Shown: positions 41,181 to 51,858, counted from the first letter of the stretch. The stretch: 64,000 nucleotides of DNA from an archaeon (GCA_020057295.1 JAGVGF010000001.1:32001-96000), one strand, 5' to 3'. Numbers and translations: made by a program. The notes: a model not told the origin generated them from the letters alone.

Positions 41181-41337
41181 ACCTTAAAGGAGAAAAGGTT
41201 AATTTAAAAATGTTTCGTATGACGAAACAGTTTTGAACAACGCGAAAAAAGGTTATGATTGAAAAGAAAATAATACATCGTCACTTTCAAGTAGTATAAA
41301 ACCAAAAATTTATAAACGCACTATTCTTCGTAAAATT

Positions 41338-42240
41338 ATGATTAATATATTAATCACATCTGAAAAGAAAGGTTCAAATCCTGGTGGAAGATGTAAAGTA
41401 CCCTTTAGAGGACAAACTTTAGATTTTTATTTAAAGTATTGCAATGGTTCTCAACTTCCAAAATATCATCCGTTTAAGCCTTACAATCAGCCAGTATATG
41501 AGGCAATTACATTAGCTATAGCAAAATATTTCGGACTTGAAGTGCCAAGATATTTTTTATTAATTAACAATAATCATAGTTCTGTATCATTCACATATGC
41601 TGATACATCGCTAAAAAAGAAACCTCTAGATCCAACAAAAAAATCTTATTTACTCTCAGAATTAGCTCAGTTACCAAAATGTGTAGATACTGGTCTAATG
41701 CTTAAAGAGATGGCTCAAGAAAAAGTTTATAGAGACTTGCTAATGATTGGTGATGTATCGAACAAGAACCAAAATTATACACTTCTAGATCCTGATAATT
41801 ATCAATTTACACATTCTTCCACTACACCATACATATATTATATTGATTTAGGATGTAGTTTTGTAGATGCCCATGAAGGATTCATCGGTCAACGTCACGC
41901 AGTTTCTAGATTGATAAGTATTGATGAATTTGGATTAACATCGTCTGCAAGAAAAGAAATTAATCACGCCAGTGATTATCTAGATAAATATTATCTACGG
42001 ACAACACATAAAGATTCAAATAAAGTACATACATTAAAATTATCTGCTATTCCAAAAATGATTGGTGATTTACCCTTGCCGCTGTTTCAAAACGGTATTG
42101 CCACCCCAAATGTATTATTATCACCTCTTGAATTAAAACTTATAGAAGGACTTTTAACTTTAAATATGGCAGAAGTTGTACATGATTATGTAAAAAATCA
42201 CAAAACAGACGCAATATCTCTTGTTTCTCCACATAGTTAA
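41338..42240 (+). CDS. HipA-like / PI3-PI4-kinase-like protein kinase
   Basis: Gly loop KKGSNPGG, FYLKY, YEAITLAIAKYFGLEVP, catalytic-like DLLMIGD..KNQNY, YIDLGCSF. Confidence 0.7.
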   Translation: MINILITSEKKGSNPGGRCKVPFRGQTLDFYLKYCNGSQLPKYHPFKPYNQPVYEAITLAIAKYFGLEVPRYFLLINNNHSSVSFTYADTSLKKKPLDPTKKSYLLSELAQLPKCVDTGLMLKEMAQEKVYRDLLMIGDVSNKNQNYTLLDPDNYQFTHSSTTPYIYYIDLGCSFVDAHEGFIGQRHAVSRLISIDEFGLTSSARKEINHASDYLDKYYLRTTHKDSNKVHTLKLSAIPKMIGDLPLPLFQNGIATPNVLLSPLELKLIEGLLTLNMAEVVHDYVKNHKTDAISLVSPHS

Positions 42241-43446
42241 TTATAGCAAATATATTATTACAGGAACTATTAGACACGCCATTGATTGTGTTCTCTGTAC
42301 CTTTACAATTCCTGGTATAAGTCCTATTGCAGTTGATGTTATTAATACTAACAACCCAGTCCATGACGTTAATACCAAAACGAGTGTTGTGACGAACGCA
42401 ATTATACTTATAACTAATATTTTATAATTTACTTTTGAAATAATTCTAGAAAATATTTTTCCAAACCATAATGCTAAATATACTGATACTGCTCCTGCTA
42501 TTAGTGCTGATACTAAAAATATTATTACAACATTCAAGGTGATTTCTGGAATTAATTTCGATATTACTATTACTGCACCGTTTCTTGCTTTATTTACTGT
42601 ATATAATGCTACAAGACTTAGTACAAAACTTGATGTTCCTATACATCCCATTAATATCATAAAACCTTTATCGCCTAAATCTTTAAAAAATTGTACACTA
42701 ATAACTGCTGCAATGCTACTACTAAGTCCGGGAAATGTTGAGACTATAAATGCTGAGATGTTTCCTGCAATCAAACTTAAAAAAGTTTTTTTAACCTCTA
42801 ATTTAGTATATGTTTCATGATTTTGTTTTGGAATATGATTATTATCATTGATGCTTATTATTAATGTGGAAATTCCGAACAATCCAGACAATAACGGGAA
42901 TAATGGATCTTTCATATTAACACTAAATACTGCAAGTCCAAGAACTCCGCTTAATGTAAATACTGTGATTGCCCATAATTTTTTATTATCGCGCCATAAC
43001 ATAAATATAACACTAGCTATTAATATTATAACAAAATATTTTTCTAAACCTTCATAAGAATATTTAGTTATAAGATATAATATCGGAAAAAGTATTATTC
43101 CCATTACTAGTCCAAAAAACGATCCTATGGTAAATAATTTAACAGCCATTAATCCATTTCCGTGAAGTAAATATCTATGTCCTGGAAGTACTCCTAATAT
43201 AGTATTTTCATCTGGAGCACCTAAGAATATTGATGGAAGAGCATCAAGGAAAGTATGAGTAACACCAACAACAATGATATATACTCCTATAATTATTATG
43301 TTTAATTGAAATTGTTCGATTATAACCTTACTAATGCTTAATACAATTAATGAGATCATATTAATATGAATGCCTGGTGTGATGCCAGAGATTATTCCTG
43401 TAAGTATTCCGAAAATTATGGCCATAATTATTTCAATAAGTATCAT
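42241..43446 (-). CDS. TctA-like (DUF112) tripartite tricarboxylate transporter permease family protein
   Basis: GITPGIHIN, THTFLDALPSIFLGAPD, LPGH, PLLSGLFGIS, PGLSSS. Confidence 0.9.
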   Translation of the reverse strand: MILIEIIMAIIFGILTGIISGITPGIHINMISLIVLSISKVIIEQFQLNIIIIGVYIIVVGVTHTFLDALPSIFLGAPDENTILGVLPGHRYLLHGNGLMAVKLFTIGSFFGLVMGIILFPILYLITKYSYEGLEKYFVIILIASVIFMLWRDNKKLWAITVFTLSGVLGLAVFSVNMKDPLFPLLSGLFGISTLIISINDNNHIPKQNHETYTKLEVKKTFLSLIAGNISAFIVSTFPGLSSSIAAVISVQFFKDLGDKGFMILMGCIGTSSFVLSLVALYTVNKARNGAVIVISKLIPEITLNVVIIFLVSALIAGAVSVYLALWFGKIFSRIISKVNYKILVISIIAFVTTLVLVLTSWTGLLVLITSTAIGLIPGIVKVQRTQSMACLIVPVIIYLL

Positions 43447-43447
43447 T

Positions 43448-43792
43448 TTATTTCTCTATAGTTACTTTGTCAGCAATTAATTCTAATTTACCGTTATATT
43501 CGTCGATTTTGCCTTCGAATATGGCATTTTTTTCTTTAGAAAGGTTTGTAATGTTACTGAATATCCAAATATCTATATTACATTTCTGTTCTAATCTTAT
43601 AGATGTGCCGCTATCATAATATTTCAAACTTTTAATTATTCCTTGCATCTTAACTTTTTGACCAACATCTTTTGATGTTAAATCGCTAAAAACTTTTTCT
43701 GGAATAAACTCGTAATATGACATTATAATTAGAATAAGTATTCCTATGATTGCCGTGACTAATGCAATATCTAATAATTTTTTATCATCCAT
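43448..43792 (-). CDS. Membrane-anchored OB-fold protein
   Basis: N-terminal TM; VGQKVKMQGII..GKIDEYNGKLELIADKV. Confidence 0.75.
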   Translation of the reverse strand: MDDKKLLDIALVTAIIGILILIIMSYYEFIPEKVFSDLTSKDVGQKVKMQGIIKSLKYYDSGTSIRLEQKCNIDIWIFSNITNLSKEKNAIFEGKIDEYNGKLELIADKVTIEK

Positions 43793-43944
43793 AGAATTAT
43801 GCTTATTTTCACGTTAATAAATTCTAACTCACGAATATCGGAATTATAACATTATTCTCATAAAATTTTCGTTAATCACATAACAAAATATATAAATCGA
43901 TATGTTTTACTACTATATAGTATATACTTGTTAGGGGTATTTTT

Positions 43945-45243
43945 ATGCGTTATAACGAAGATATGCAGAGATTACGGTCTGATTCTAGGTATGTTGCTGC
44001 AAGCAAAGTATATCGGAGTATAGTTGAATTGTCTCCACCCGATATGGAATTGCTACATTTTTTATATACAACTAATGCTAATGATATGAGAGAGCATATT
44101 AATTCGTTTATTAGTAGTGTTAATTTTAATTCTAAAAATTTACGTTCGCATAATCCACAAGCTCCAACAATATTATCTGATATGCGTGTTCTTATAGATA
44201 ACGATCCAGATTTTAAGGCGTTAGACAAATATTTTACTCCAAAAATTAATTGCAGTGAAAGTATTGATTCATTAGTAAATGATATTGAATCAAATGTTGG
44301 TGTGAATATTCGCAACAAATTTGGCCAATACTCGCAATATATTGTTAAAGCTGCAGCATTAGCAATGCATCATCAACTAACACGTAAATGTGGTATTTCA
44401 ATATTAGGACATTGGGTTGGCACTGCAGGAATAATATACTTCTTACAAGAAAAAGGACATATACCTAAAAATCATAACGAATTTTTTAGAGTGGCTGTAG
44501 CATTCTTACACGATTTCAAAGAAGATCTATCCGGAATAGTAATTAATTCATCAACAGGAAAACCTTACGGACTGTATAACACAGAAGGTTTAGGCAATGA
44601 TTTCTTACCACAAGATAATACGTTAACTAAAAGTGTTAACACATTAACAAATCTATATAGTGAAATAGCAAAATATGCTTATACTGTTGTTGATAAACAA
44701 GGCAAAGCATTCACCAAATCAGTATTTAATGAATTTTTAATAGCTTATATGAAAGAAGATCCAAACAAAGATTCTCCTATGTATAAAATACATAAAAATC
44801 TACATCAATTAATAAATTCTAAAAATTATGGTAATTTGACCGGTGAAAAATTACTTAATGCAATAACATGGGATTCATATGATTATTACGTTAATAGCAT
44901 ATGGCGTAAAAGCATTAAGAGTAAAGATGATACGCCTATAATTGTAAAATTTGGTGATCAAAGTTATAATTTCATGGGTAAAGAAACTTTAGGAGATAAG
45001 GATATAGAACAAAATTTATTAAAGTTATGGATGTGGGCATCTAGCGTTTATGCAAGTGCAATTAACCTTCCACACACAAATAATTTTGTTGAAGAATTAT
45101 TAGAGGATGCGTTATGCTATACAGAGCATTATATTACGAAAGATTTCATGAAAACAGAAGCTAGCATACCGTTTTATACCGCAGGATTCATGAAAATTAA
45201 AAAACTAGCGCCAATAATATATTCCGATAGACAGATTCAGTAA
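43945..45243 (+). CDS. HD-domain phosphohydrolase, RelA/SpoT-hydrolase (Mesh1/HD_4)-like
   Basis: HHQLTRKCG..LGH, AVAFLHDFKED, VNTLT, IVKFGDQSYN match the RSH hydrolase pattern H..Q.RK.G..Y..H / LHDxxED / VKxADRxHN. Confidence 0.7.
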   Translation: MRYNEDMQRLRSDSRYVAASKVYRSIVELSPPDMELLHFLYTTNANDMREHINSFISSVNFNSKNLRSHNPQAPTILSDMRVLIDNDPDFKALDKYFTPKINCSESIDSLVNDIESNVGVNIRNKFGQYSQYIVKAAALAMHHQLTRKCGISILGHWVGTAGIIYFLQEKGHIPKNHNEFFRVAVAFLHDFKEDLSGIVINSSTGKPYGLYNTEGLGNDFLPQDNTLTKSVNTLTNLYSEIAKYAYTVVDKQGKAFTKSVFNEFLIAYMKEDPNKDSPMYKIHKNLHQLINSKNYGNLTGEKLLNAITWDSYDYYVNSIWRKSIKSKDDTPIIVKFGDQSYNFMGKETLGDKDIEQNLLKLWMWASSVYASAINLPHTNNFVEELLEDALCYTEHYITKDFMKTEASIPFYTAGFMKIKKLAPIIYSDRQIQ

Positions 45244-45244
45244 A

Positions 45245-45901
45245 TTAGTAAAATTCAATACTATTATCTAAATAAATGCCTTTCTTTAATTGTACAGGTC
45301 TCCAATCATCTAATATTAAATCCGCATCAAGCCATTCTGCAAGTTCCGACGGATTACCTATAGTTGCACTTAAACCAATGATTTGCAAGTTTTTTAATAC
45401 TCTACGTAATATTGTTATTAATATTTCGAGTGTCGGTCCTCTGCTAGAATCGTTTAGTAAGTGTATTTCATCAATAATTACGACCTTGATTTTTTTTAAC
45501 CACGGAGTTTTATGTCTAATTAATGAATCAAATTTTTCACTTGTAGTAATTATAAGGTCATACTTGTCGAGATATGAATCGTCACTATCGATATCTCCTG
45601 AGGTTATTGCGGTTTTGAACGCGTGTGTTCTCTTGAAATGTTCATATTTTTCTGATGCCAAAGCTTTTAATGGAACGACATATACACATTTTCCCTTATC
45701 ATGAAATATTGCATTCATTATAGCAAGTTCAGCAACAAGTGTTTTACCTGATGCTGTGGGAGTGCATATTAGTAAATTTTTATCCTGAAATATTCCTGCA
45801 TCTATCGCTTTAAACTGTGCAGGCCTAAATGTCTTTATACGAGGTTCTAGCTTCGCGTAAATGTTTGCAGGAATTTTATTTTTATATTTTGAAATTTCCA
45901 T
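45245..45901 (-). CDS. Hel308/Ski2-like DExH helicase, N-terminal RecA1 domain only
   Basis: FRPAQ, PTASGKT, VPLKALASEK, TSEKFDSL, DEIHLL, GLSATIGN, WRPVQL; stops before RecA2. Confidence 0.85.
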   Translation of the reverse strand: MEISKYKNKIPANIYAKLEPRIKTFRPAQFKAIDAGIFQDKNLLICTPTASGKTLVAELAIMNAIFHDKGKCVYVVPLKALASEKYEHFKRTHAFKTAITSGDIDSDDSYLDKYDLIITTSEKFDSLIRHKTPWLKKIKVVIIDEIHLLNDSSRGPTLEILITILRRVLKNLQIIGLSATIGNPSELAEWLDADLILDDWRPVQLKKGIYLDNSIEFY

Positions 45902-45950
45902 ATTGAATAAAAAACACCATATATTGTTTTTATGTATTATCTAAATATAT

Positions 45951-47702
45951 TTACATTTCCTCAATTTCTTGGATATTTAATAAATTTAATCCGATTTTTA
46001 GAACAATCTGAACATTATATATTAGATAAAGTCTGGATTTCATAATATTTTTTTCAGATGTTAGTATAGGATTCGCATGATAAAATTCGTTGAATTTCTG
46101 TGATAATTCTAGTAAATAATGTGCAACACTTGAAGGTTTAAAATTTTTGGCAGCGTCATCAACACTATTTGAAAATTTATCTAATATTTTAACTAATTCG
46201 AATTCATTACTCTCTTTTAATAAAGATATATCTACATTTTTAAAATATTCGTCTAAGTTGTTTATTGATTCTTTTTCAGTAAATTTTTTGAATACACTAT
46301 TTATACGAGCATAACTATATTCTATATAAGGTCCCGTCTCTCCATCAAAACTTAAAGATTCTTTAGGATTATATACAAAATTTTTTAATGGATCAAACTT
46401 TAAGAAGAAAAATCTTACGGCAGCTAAAGCAATTATATCAGACCTAAGATGTAATTCCTCATCAGATAAATTATCATATCTTTTACGTAATTCTTCAATA
46501 CACATATTTTTAACTTCTAATAATAAATTATCGGTATCGATTACATTGCCTTCTCTTGATTTCATCTTACCTTCGGGAAGTTCAACCATTCCATAGGAGA
46601 AGTGATAACATTTATCTCCAAAATTCCAGTTCAATTTTTTAAAAATTTCAAACAATACTTTGAAATGATGTTCTTGCTCATTACCAACAACATACACCAT
46701 TTCATCAAACTTGTAATCTTCATAACGCTTCTTAGCCATATAAATATCTTGAGTGATGTATACTGAAGTACCGTTAGCTCTCAATAAGACTTTCTTTCCT
46801 AGATTTTTTGATTCCAAATTAGCAATTATTGAACCAGTATCATCTCTCTCGAATAATTCTTTGTTTAAACCATCGACTATTATATCTTTGCCATGAAGAT
46901 ATGTTTCACTTTCGAAATATTCTTTATCAATATTGAATCCTAAACTGCTGTATGTTTCTCTAAAACCTTTTAATGCCCAACTATTCATTTTAGCCCATAA
47001 CGCTCTAACTTCAGAATCATTATTTTCCCACTTGACTAACATATCTTGAACTTCATGCTCGATTGCTGGATTGTCTTTTTCTAATTGGTTATATTTAACA
47101 TAATAATCTCCAACAAAATGATCAGATTTTGTATGTGTAATCTCTGGAGTGTCATTTAAACCAAATTTTTGATATGCAAGCATTGACTTGCATATGTGTA
47201 CTCCACGATCATTAATTACATTAACGATGTATGGACTTTTGCCAACAAATTTTAATATGTTGTATATACTTTGACCTAGAAGCATATTTCTTAAATGACC
47301 AAGATGCAATGGTTTATTAGTATTAGGACCTGGCGATTCTATCAATACAATACTTTTATCATATTTTCCTGCACAATAAGTGTATTTTTCCGTACTAATT
47401 TTATGTAAAATATTTTTAATATATACTTCTTTATTGACATAAAAATTTAAATAAGGTCCTACGTTGTTTATCAATTCAAAATGTTTATGATCTTCTTTAA
47501 TATTTATTTGGGTTAATTTATCTTTTAATTCTAAAGCAATATTATGTGGACTTTTCTTTAATTCTTTAGCAATAATAAAACAAGGTAGCGCATAATCTCC
47601 TAGTTTAGAATCTGGAGGAATTTCTATAACGCTAAGAATTTTATCCTTTGACACACCAGTTTCTTTATGTACTAATTCAATTATCAAATTTTTGAAATTC
47701 AT
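45951..47702 (-). CDS. argS: Arginyl-tRNA synthetase
   Basis: PNTNKPLHLGHLRN, YVVGNEQ..HF, GKMKSREG, GETGPYIEYSYARI. Confidence 0.98.
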   Translation of the reverse strand: MNFKNLIIELVHKETGVSKDKILSVIEIPPDSKLGDYALPCFIIAKELKKSPHNIALELKDKLTQINIKEDHKHFELINNVGPYLNFYVNKEVYIKNILHKISTEKYTYCAGKYDKSIVLIESPGPNTNKPLHLGHLRNMLLGQSIYNILKFVGKSPYIVNVINDRGVHICKSMLAYQKFGLNDTPEITHTKSDHFVGDYYVKYNQLEKDNPAIEHEVQDMLVKWENNDSEVRALWAKMNSWALKGFRETYSSLGFNIDKEYFESETYLHGKDIIVDGLNKELFERDDTGSIIANLESKNLGKKVLLRANGTSVYITQDIYMAKKRYEDYKFDEMVYVVGNEQEHHFKVLFEIFKKLNWNFGDKCYHFSYGMVELPEGKMKSREGNVIDTDNLLLEVKNMCIEELRKRYDNLSDEELHLRSDIIALAAVRFFFLKFDPLKNFVYNPKESLSFDGETGPYIEYSYARINSVFKKFTEKESINNLDEYFKNVDISLLKESNEFELVKILDKFSNSVDDAAKNFKPSSVAHYLLELSQKFNEFYHANPILTSEKNIMKSRLYLIYNVQIVLKIGLNLLNIQEIEEM

Positions 47703-47783
47703 ACTCTACATATTAATACTTCGTATATAAATTTTGTCCTTGAACCAAAAATTTTAAATACTATCACTTAATCCAAAACCCTA

Positions 47784-48194
47784 ATGAATTATAAACACTA
47801 CAAACAACATATACATCACTGGATTAGTTTTCCATTCATATGGATGATGATTGTTCCTGTATTAATATTGGATGTTACAATTGAGATATATCATAGAATA
47901 TGTTTTGTGTTATACGATTTGCCTTATGTTAATAGAAGTGCTTACATAAAATTAGATAGATACAAATTACCTTATTTATCATGGGGTGATAAACTTAACT
48001 GTTTATATTGTGAATACGTTAACGGATTCTTTCATTATTCCGTAGCTATTGCTGGAGAAACAGAAAAATATTGGTGTGGTATAAAACATCAGAATGTTGA
48101 AGGTTTTAATCATCCGGAACACCATAAAGAATTCTTAGAATATAATGATAAAGAATCATTTGAAAAACATTGTAAAATGCAGAAAAAGAAATAG
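47784..48194 (+). CDS. Small membrane protein with Cys/His motifs
   Basis: Hydrophobic N-terminal segment; KLNCLYCEYVNG and EKYWCGIKH. Confidence 0.7.
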   Translation: MNYKHYKQHIHHWISFPFIWMMIVPVLILDVTIEIYHRICFVLYDLPYVNRSAYIKLDRYKLPYLSWGDKLNCLYCEYVNGFFHYSVAIAGETEKYWCGIKHQNVEGFNHPEHHKEFLEYNDKESFEKHCKMQKKK

Positions 48195-48255
48195 ATATAT
48201 AGACAAAATTATTTAGAAAAATAAAAACTCTAAAAAATAAAATATTTTAGAAACC

Positions 48256-48642
48256 TTATTCTTTCTTTTCTTCAGTTGCTTCCTTAATTAATGATTCAGC
48301 ACCATACTTTAGAACTTTAAGGTTTAATTGCGTTGTTTTATTGTATATAGTATTTCCAGCGACTGTTCTTCTAAGTCTCATACCTTTACGATTATAATTA
48401 TTTCCTATGCCTCTAGTTGTTAATATAGCCTTTCTCATTATACCATTAACATCTTTTCTCATTGGAAATCCACAATAATCTGAACCGCCAGCTATTTCAA
48501 ATTCGTAACCGTTCATTTCTAATAATTCTCCATGAATCTTTTCACCAAGCTTCTTACCGTAAAATGCTGATGCTTGATCTTCTTTTAATTCTTTCTTTAT
48601 ACTTTTTCCAGACTTATCTGCAATATTTATTTTCAAATCCAT
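48256..48642 (-). CDS. rps6e: 30S ribosomal protein S6e
   Basis: GYEFEIAGGSD.CGFPMRKDV.G..G.R.RRTV.GN.I..QLNLKV. Confidence 0.97.
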   Translation of the reverse strand: MDLKINIADKSGKSIKKELKEDQASAFYGKKLGEKIHGELLEMNGYEFEIAGGSDYCGFPMRKDVNGIMRKAILTTRGIGNNYNRKGMRLRRTVAGNTIYNKTTQLNLKVLKYGAESLIKEATEEKKE

Positions 48643-48812
48643 TTTATCCTCCCAGAGTAATGTATATCAAGAAAGTGTATTAGAATAATACTAATAACTT
48701 CCAGAGGCATACATCCTCAGTTGTTATGATTGTAGGAACAAAAGTGTATTTATAAAGATTGTGCTTAACAAAACAAAGTAGTTTTGTGCGAATGGAAGAA
48801 TATCATTGTATC

Positions 48813-49139
48813 TTATTTACTATTCTGTTTTATTAACTCGTTTAAATCATCAACTATCTTCGTTATCTCTTCATCTTCCATACCGTGTCCCATAAATCCT
48901 TCTTCTAATGTTTCAAACATTGCAGCACCGCAACCCACACAATGAACTCCATAATCCATTATTGCAGGAACTAAATCAGGATGTTCATCAACAACATCAG
49001 CTATAAGCATACCTTTACTTATAAGTTTACTAGAAGGTTTTCTATCACGATCTTGTGTGGAAGTATTATCTATATTTACAGACTCAAAATCGTTACTAGC
49101 ATTTTCATCGTTTAATTCAATATTATATCCTTTATCCAT
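48813..49139 (-). CDS. DUF1858 domain protein
   Basis: MLIADVVDEHP..GVHCVGC..FETLEEG..HG. Confidence 0.9.
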   Translation of the reverse strand: MDKGYNIELNDENASNDFESVNIDNTSTQDRDRKPSSKLISKGMLIADVVDEHPDLVPAIMDYGVHCVGCGAAMFETLEEGFMGHGMEDEEITKIVDDLNELIKQNSK

Positions 49140-49177
49140 ATTATCAGTTTATATCAAGGTATTATATATTTTATGTA

Positions 49178-50266
49178 TTATTTAGAAATTTTATTCTTAA
49201 AAATGTCAAATCCTAACTTCCATAATTTTGCTTCTTTCATTAATAATTGTACAATAAATTTGCTAGGAAAATCTCTATCATGCTCGCTTAATACTTTACT
49301 ATTGGTTTTTTTCTCAAATATTTCTATTAATTCATTTGCCTGTTTCTCATTCATATGATTCATTAATTCACGCATTTTAAGACTGATCCATAAATCCTTA
49401 CCAAGTTTTTCATTAAACTTTTTAGTATACATATCTTTATTTTCAGCAAGATAATTTCCAGATAATAATCCGTAAATTATTCCTCCATATGTTGTGGCCT
49501 TAACTTGTGTTGCTGCATCTCCAATTACGAATATATCTTCTTTGTTTTTTCTTAATTGTTGTTTAGGATTATACAATGGAATAATTCCTGATTGGTCCTG
49601 CAAAATTTTACTTCCACCCAAAATTTTTTTATAATCATTAAGCAATTTTTGATTTCTTATACCAATAACTCCTACTCGTGCAATTTTATCATCTTCTGGC
49701 ACTATCCATGAGAATTCTCCAAGATTCAATCTAATTTCAGTAACACCTGGTTCAAGATTTGGAAATTTGCATCTTGCTTGCCATCCCCAAATAAATTTTC
49801 TATCTCCATAAATGCCTGCACTTCTAGCAACTGGACTTCTAGGACCATCAGCTCCAACAATCATATCCGTATTATACTTCGATTTATTTGTTTTAATAAC
49901 ATATTTGTCATCTTGTTTTTTATATCCTAAAAATTTTTCATCAAGATGAATATTAGCTCCAGAATCCACAGCCTTACTGTATAGATATTGATCAAACCCT
50001 GCTCTATCAAGAACCATATTAACTTTTTTTAAGTCGATATATATAGCTTTTTTGTTTGGTGCAACAATTTTAAATCTCTCTATTTTGCTAATGATTAAAT
50101 CTTTCGGAATTTTTATGATGCTCTTAACGCTATCGGTCAGTATTCCTGTACAAGCAACAGGTTTTCCTATGACTTTATGTTCTTCAAATAAGTGTACATC
50201 ATTCTTTTTGGCGGCAAGACTAGAATAGAATGATCCTGCCGGTCCTGCTCCAATAACACTTATCAT
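49178..50266 (-). CDS. Geranylgeranyl reductase family FAD oxidoreductase
   Basis: VIGAGPAGS, GKPVACTG, DRAGFDQ, VGADGPRS, GDAATQVK..GGI. Confidence 0.9.
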   Translation of the reverse strand: MISVIGAGPAGSFYSSLAAKKNDVHLFEEHKVIGKPVACTGILTDSVKSIIKIPKDLIISKIERFKIVAPNKKAIYIDLKKVNMVLDRAGFDQYLYSKAVDSGANIHLDEKFLGYKKQDDKYVIKTNKSKYNTDMIVGADGPRSPVARSAGIYGDRKFIWGWQARCKFPNLEPGVTEIRLNLGEFSWIVPEDDKIARVGVIGIRNQKLLNDYKKILGGSKILQDQSGIIPLYNPKQQLRKNKEDIFVIGDAATQVKATTYGGIIYGLLSGNYLAENKDMYTKKFNEKLGKDLWISLKMRELMNHMNEKQANELIEIFEKKTNSKVLSEHDRDFPSKFIVQLLMKEAKLWKLGFDIFKNKISK

Positions 50267-50352
50267 TTTATAGTCAAGTTTTATAGTATTATAAATTTTA
50301 TTAAAGACAAAATACTACAAACCTTTATAAAAACATTTACCATTCTTAATGT

Positions 50353-51324
50353 ATGAATTTTCAAGATTTACAAAGTGTAGAGAAATCATCATTTTACTTA
50401 GATCAAGCATTCAAAAAATCTAAGAAACAAGGTGAAATTGTATTCCCTAGAACTTCTGGAGATCAACTTAGTAGAATGATTAGAACTGAATCAGAAAAAC
50501 TCAGAATATTCAATGATACATTAACATCATACATGGACAATATTGTTAAAAAATTTCCTAATATTGACAGTCTTCCAGAATTCTATAACGAATTATTAAG
50601 ATTAACAATTGATTATGATATGCTTAAAAAATCATTAGGAGCATTATCATGGATTAGCAACAAGATTGATCAATTATCTAAAATATATTCCAAGAATTTA
50701 AAGAGTTGTATTAACAAACCTGATGTTAACAAGTTAATGAATGAATATTATGGTAGAACTAGCTCTTTAATGAAACAGATTGATAAAAATTTACGTTATA
50801 TAGAAGAATCTCGTAAGATAATGAAAAATTATCCTACATTAAAGACAGATTTGTTTACTGTAGCAATTACAGGATTTCCAAACATTGGTAAAAGCACATT
50901 ATTATCTAAACTTACTCCTGCAAAACCTGAAATAAGAGATTATGCATTTACAACAAAACAGTTGAATCAAGGATATGCAAATTATGGTTTACGAAAGGTA
51001 CAATTCGTTGACACACCAGGAGTCCTAGATAGGTCTAAAATGAACAATATAGAGTTACAGGCTCATCTAGTACTAAAGTATCAAGTTCATCTAATAATCT
51101 ACGTTATAGACCTAACAGAGCCCTATCCGATAAAGGTTCAGGAAGAATTATTGAAAAAATTAAAAGAATTAGACAAGCCTATGATAATCTATTTAAGCAA
51201 GACAGACATAATTGATTCTAAAATATATATGAAGGCTAAAAGAAAATATAAAGCAGTAATTAGCATAGAAGAAGTAAATAAGAAAATAGAAAAAGCCATT
51301 AAAGAACACTATTTTGAAAGTTAA
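50353..51324 (+). CDS. NOG1-family ribosome biogenesis GTPase
   Basis: N-terminal helical domain (FP.ID.L..FY.EL); GFPNIGKS, YAFTTK, DTPG, SKTD. Confidence 0.93.
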   Translation: MNFQDLQSVEKSSFYLDQAFKKSKKQGEIVFPRTSGDQLSRMIRTESEKLRIFNDTLTSYMDNIVKKFPNIDSLPEFYNELLRLTIDYDMLKKSLGALSWISNKIDQLSKIYSKNLKSCINKPDVNKLMNEYYGRTSSLMKQIDKNLRYIEESRKIMKNYPTLKTDLFTVAITGFPNIGKSTLLSKLTPAKPEIRDYAFTTKQLNQGYANYGLRKVQFVDTPGVLDRSKMNNIELQAHLVLKYQVHLIIYVIDLTEPYPIKVQEELLKKLKELDKPMIIYLSKTDIIDSKIYMKAKRKYKAVISIEEVNKKIEKAIKEHYFES

Positions 51325-51333
51325 AAAATAAAA

Positions 51334-51858
51334 TTAATTTTTTGTCTCGATTATTTGACACTTGCAAGGCAACTTATTTTTGCATCTAATTAATGCTTCC
51401 TTTGCAATTGGTAAATTCTTTTTATCAACATTTACAACAAATAATACATCGTTCTTCTTAACCTGAGCTGCAAGTCCAACAACTTTACCATAAGAACCAG
51501 CCATACCAGTACTCATACGGTCTGCTCCTGCACCAGATGCTAAAACGTTTTCTCGAAGCATGTGATGTGGATGCTTTCTTAATTGTAAAAAGTATTCAGT
51601 CTTACCAGCTTTAGTTTCTAAAACTTTATTTCCTGATTGTCTTGAAGATTCTAAAGCATTATGTCTTATCTGTAATTCTTTCTTAGAAATAAGTGTTAAA
51701 GTATATTCAAATTTCTTATTAGGATTACCCATAATATATCTTACAACCTTACTATGTGGTGCTGCTCTAATAAAATTTTTAGCACGATACTTAGACTTTC
51801 TAGTATACGGTCTCTTTAAAACTTGATTATATGCTGAACCCTTTCTTAACTTTGCCAT
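51334..51858 (-). CDS. rpl10e: 50S ribosomal protein uL16 (L10e)
   Basis: QIRHNALESSR, HPHH.LREN..GAGADRMSTGM..SYGK. Confidence 0.97.
   Translation of the reverse strand: MAKLRKGSAYNQVLKRPYTRKSKYRAKNFIRAAPHSKVVRYIMGNPNKKFEYTLTLISKKELQIRHNALESSRQSGNKVLETKAGKTEYFLQLRKHPHHMLRENVLASGAGADRMSTGMAGSYGKVVGLAAQVKKNDVLFVVNVDKKNLPIAKEALIRCKNKLPCKCQIIETKN

Noticed and set aside
48643-48745. Possible structured leader or ncRNA upstream of rps6e
   Set aside because: Only short stems and a CTCTGG repeat; no recognisable C/D box or other RNA family
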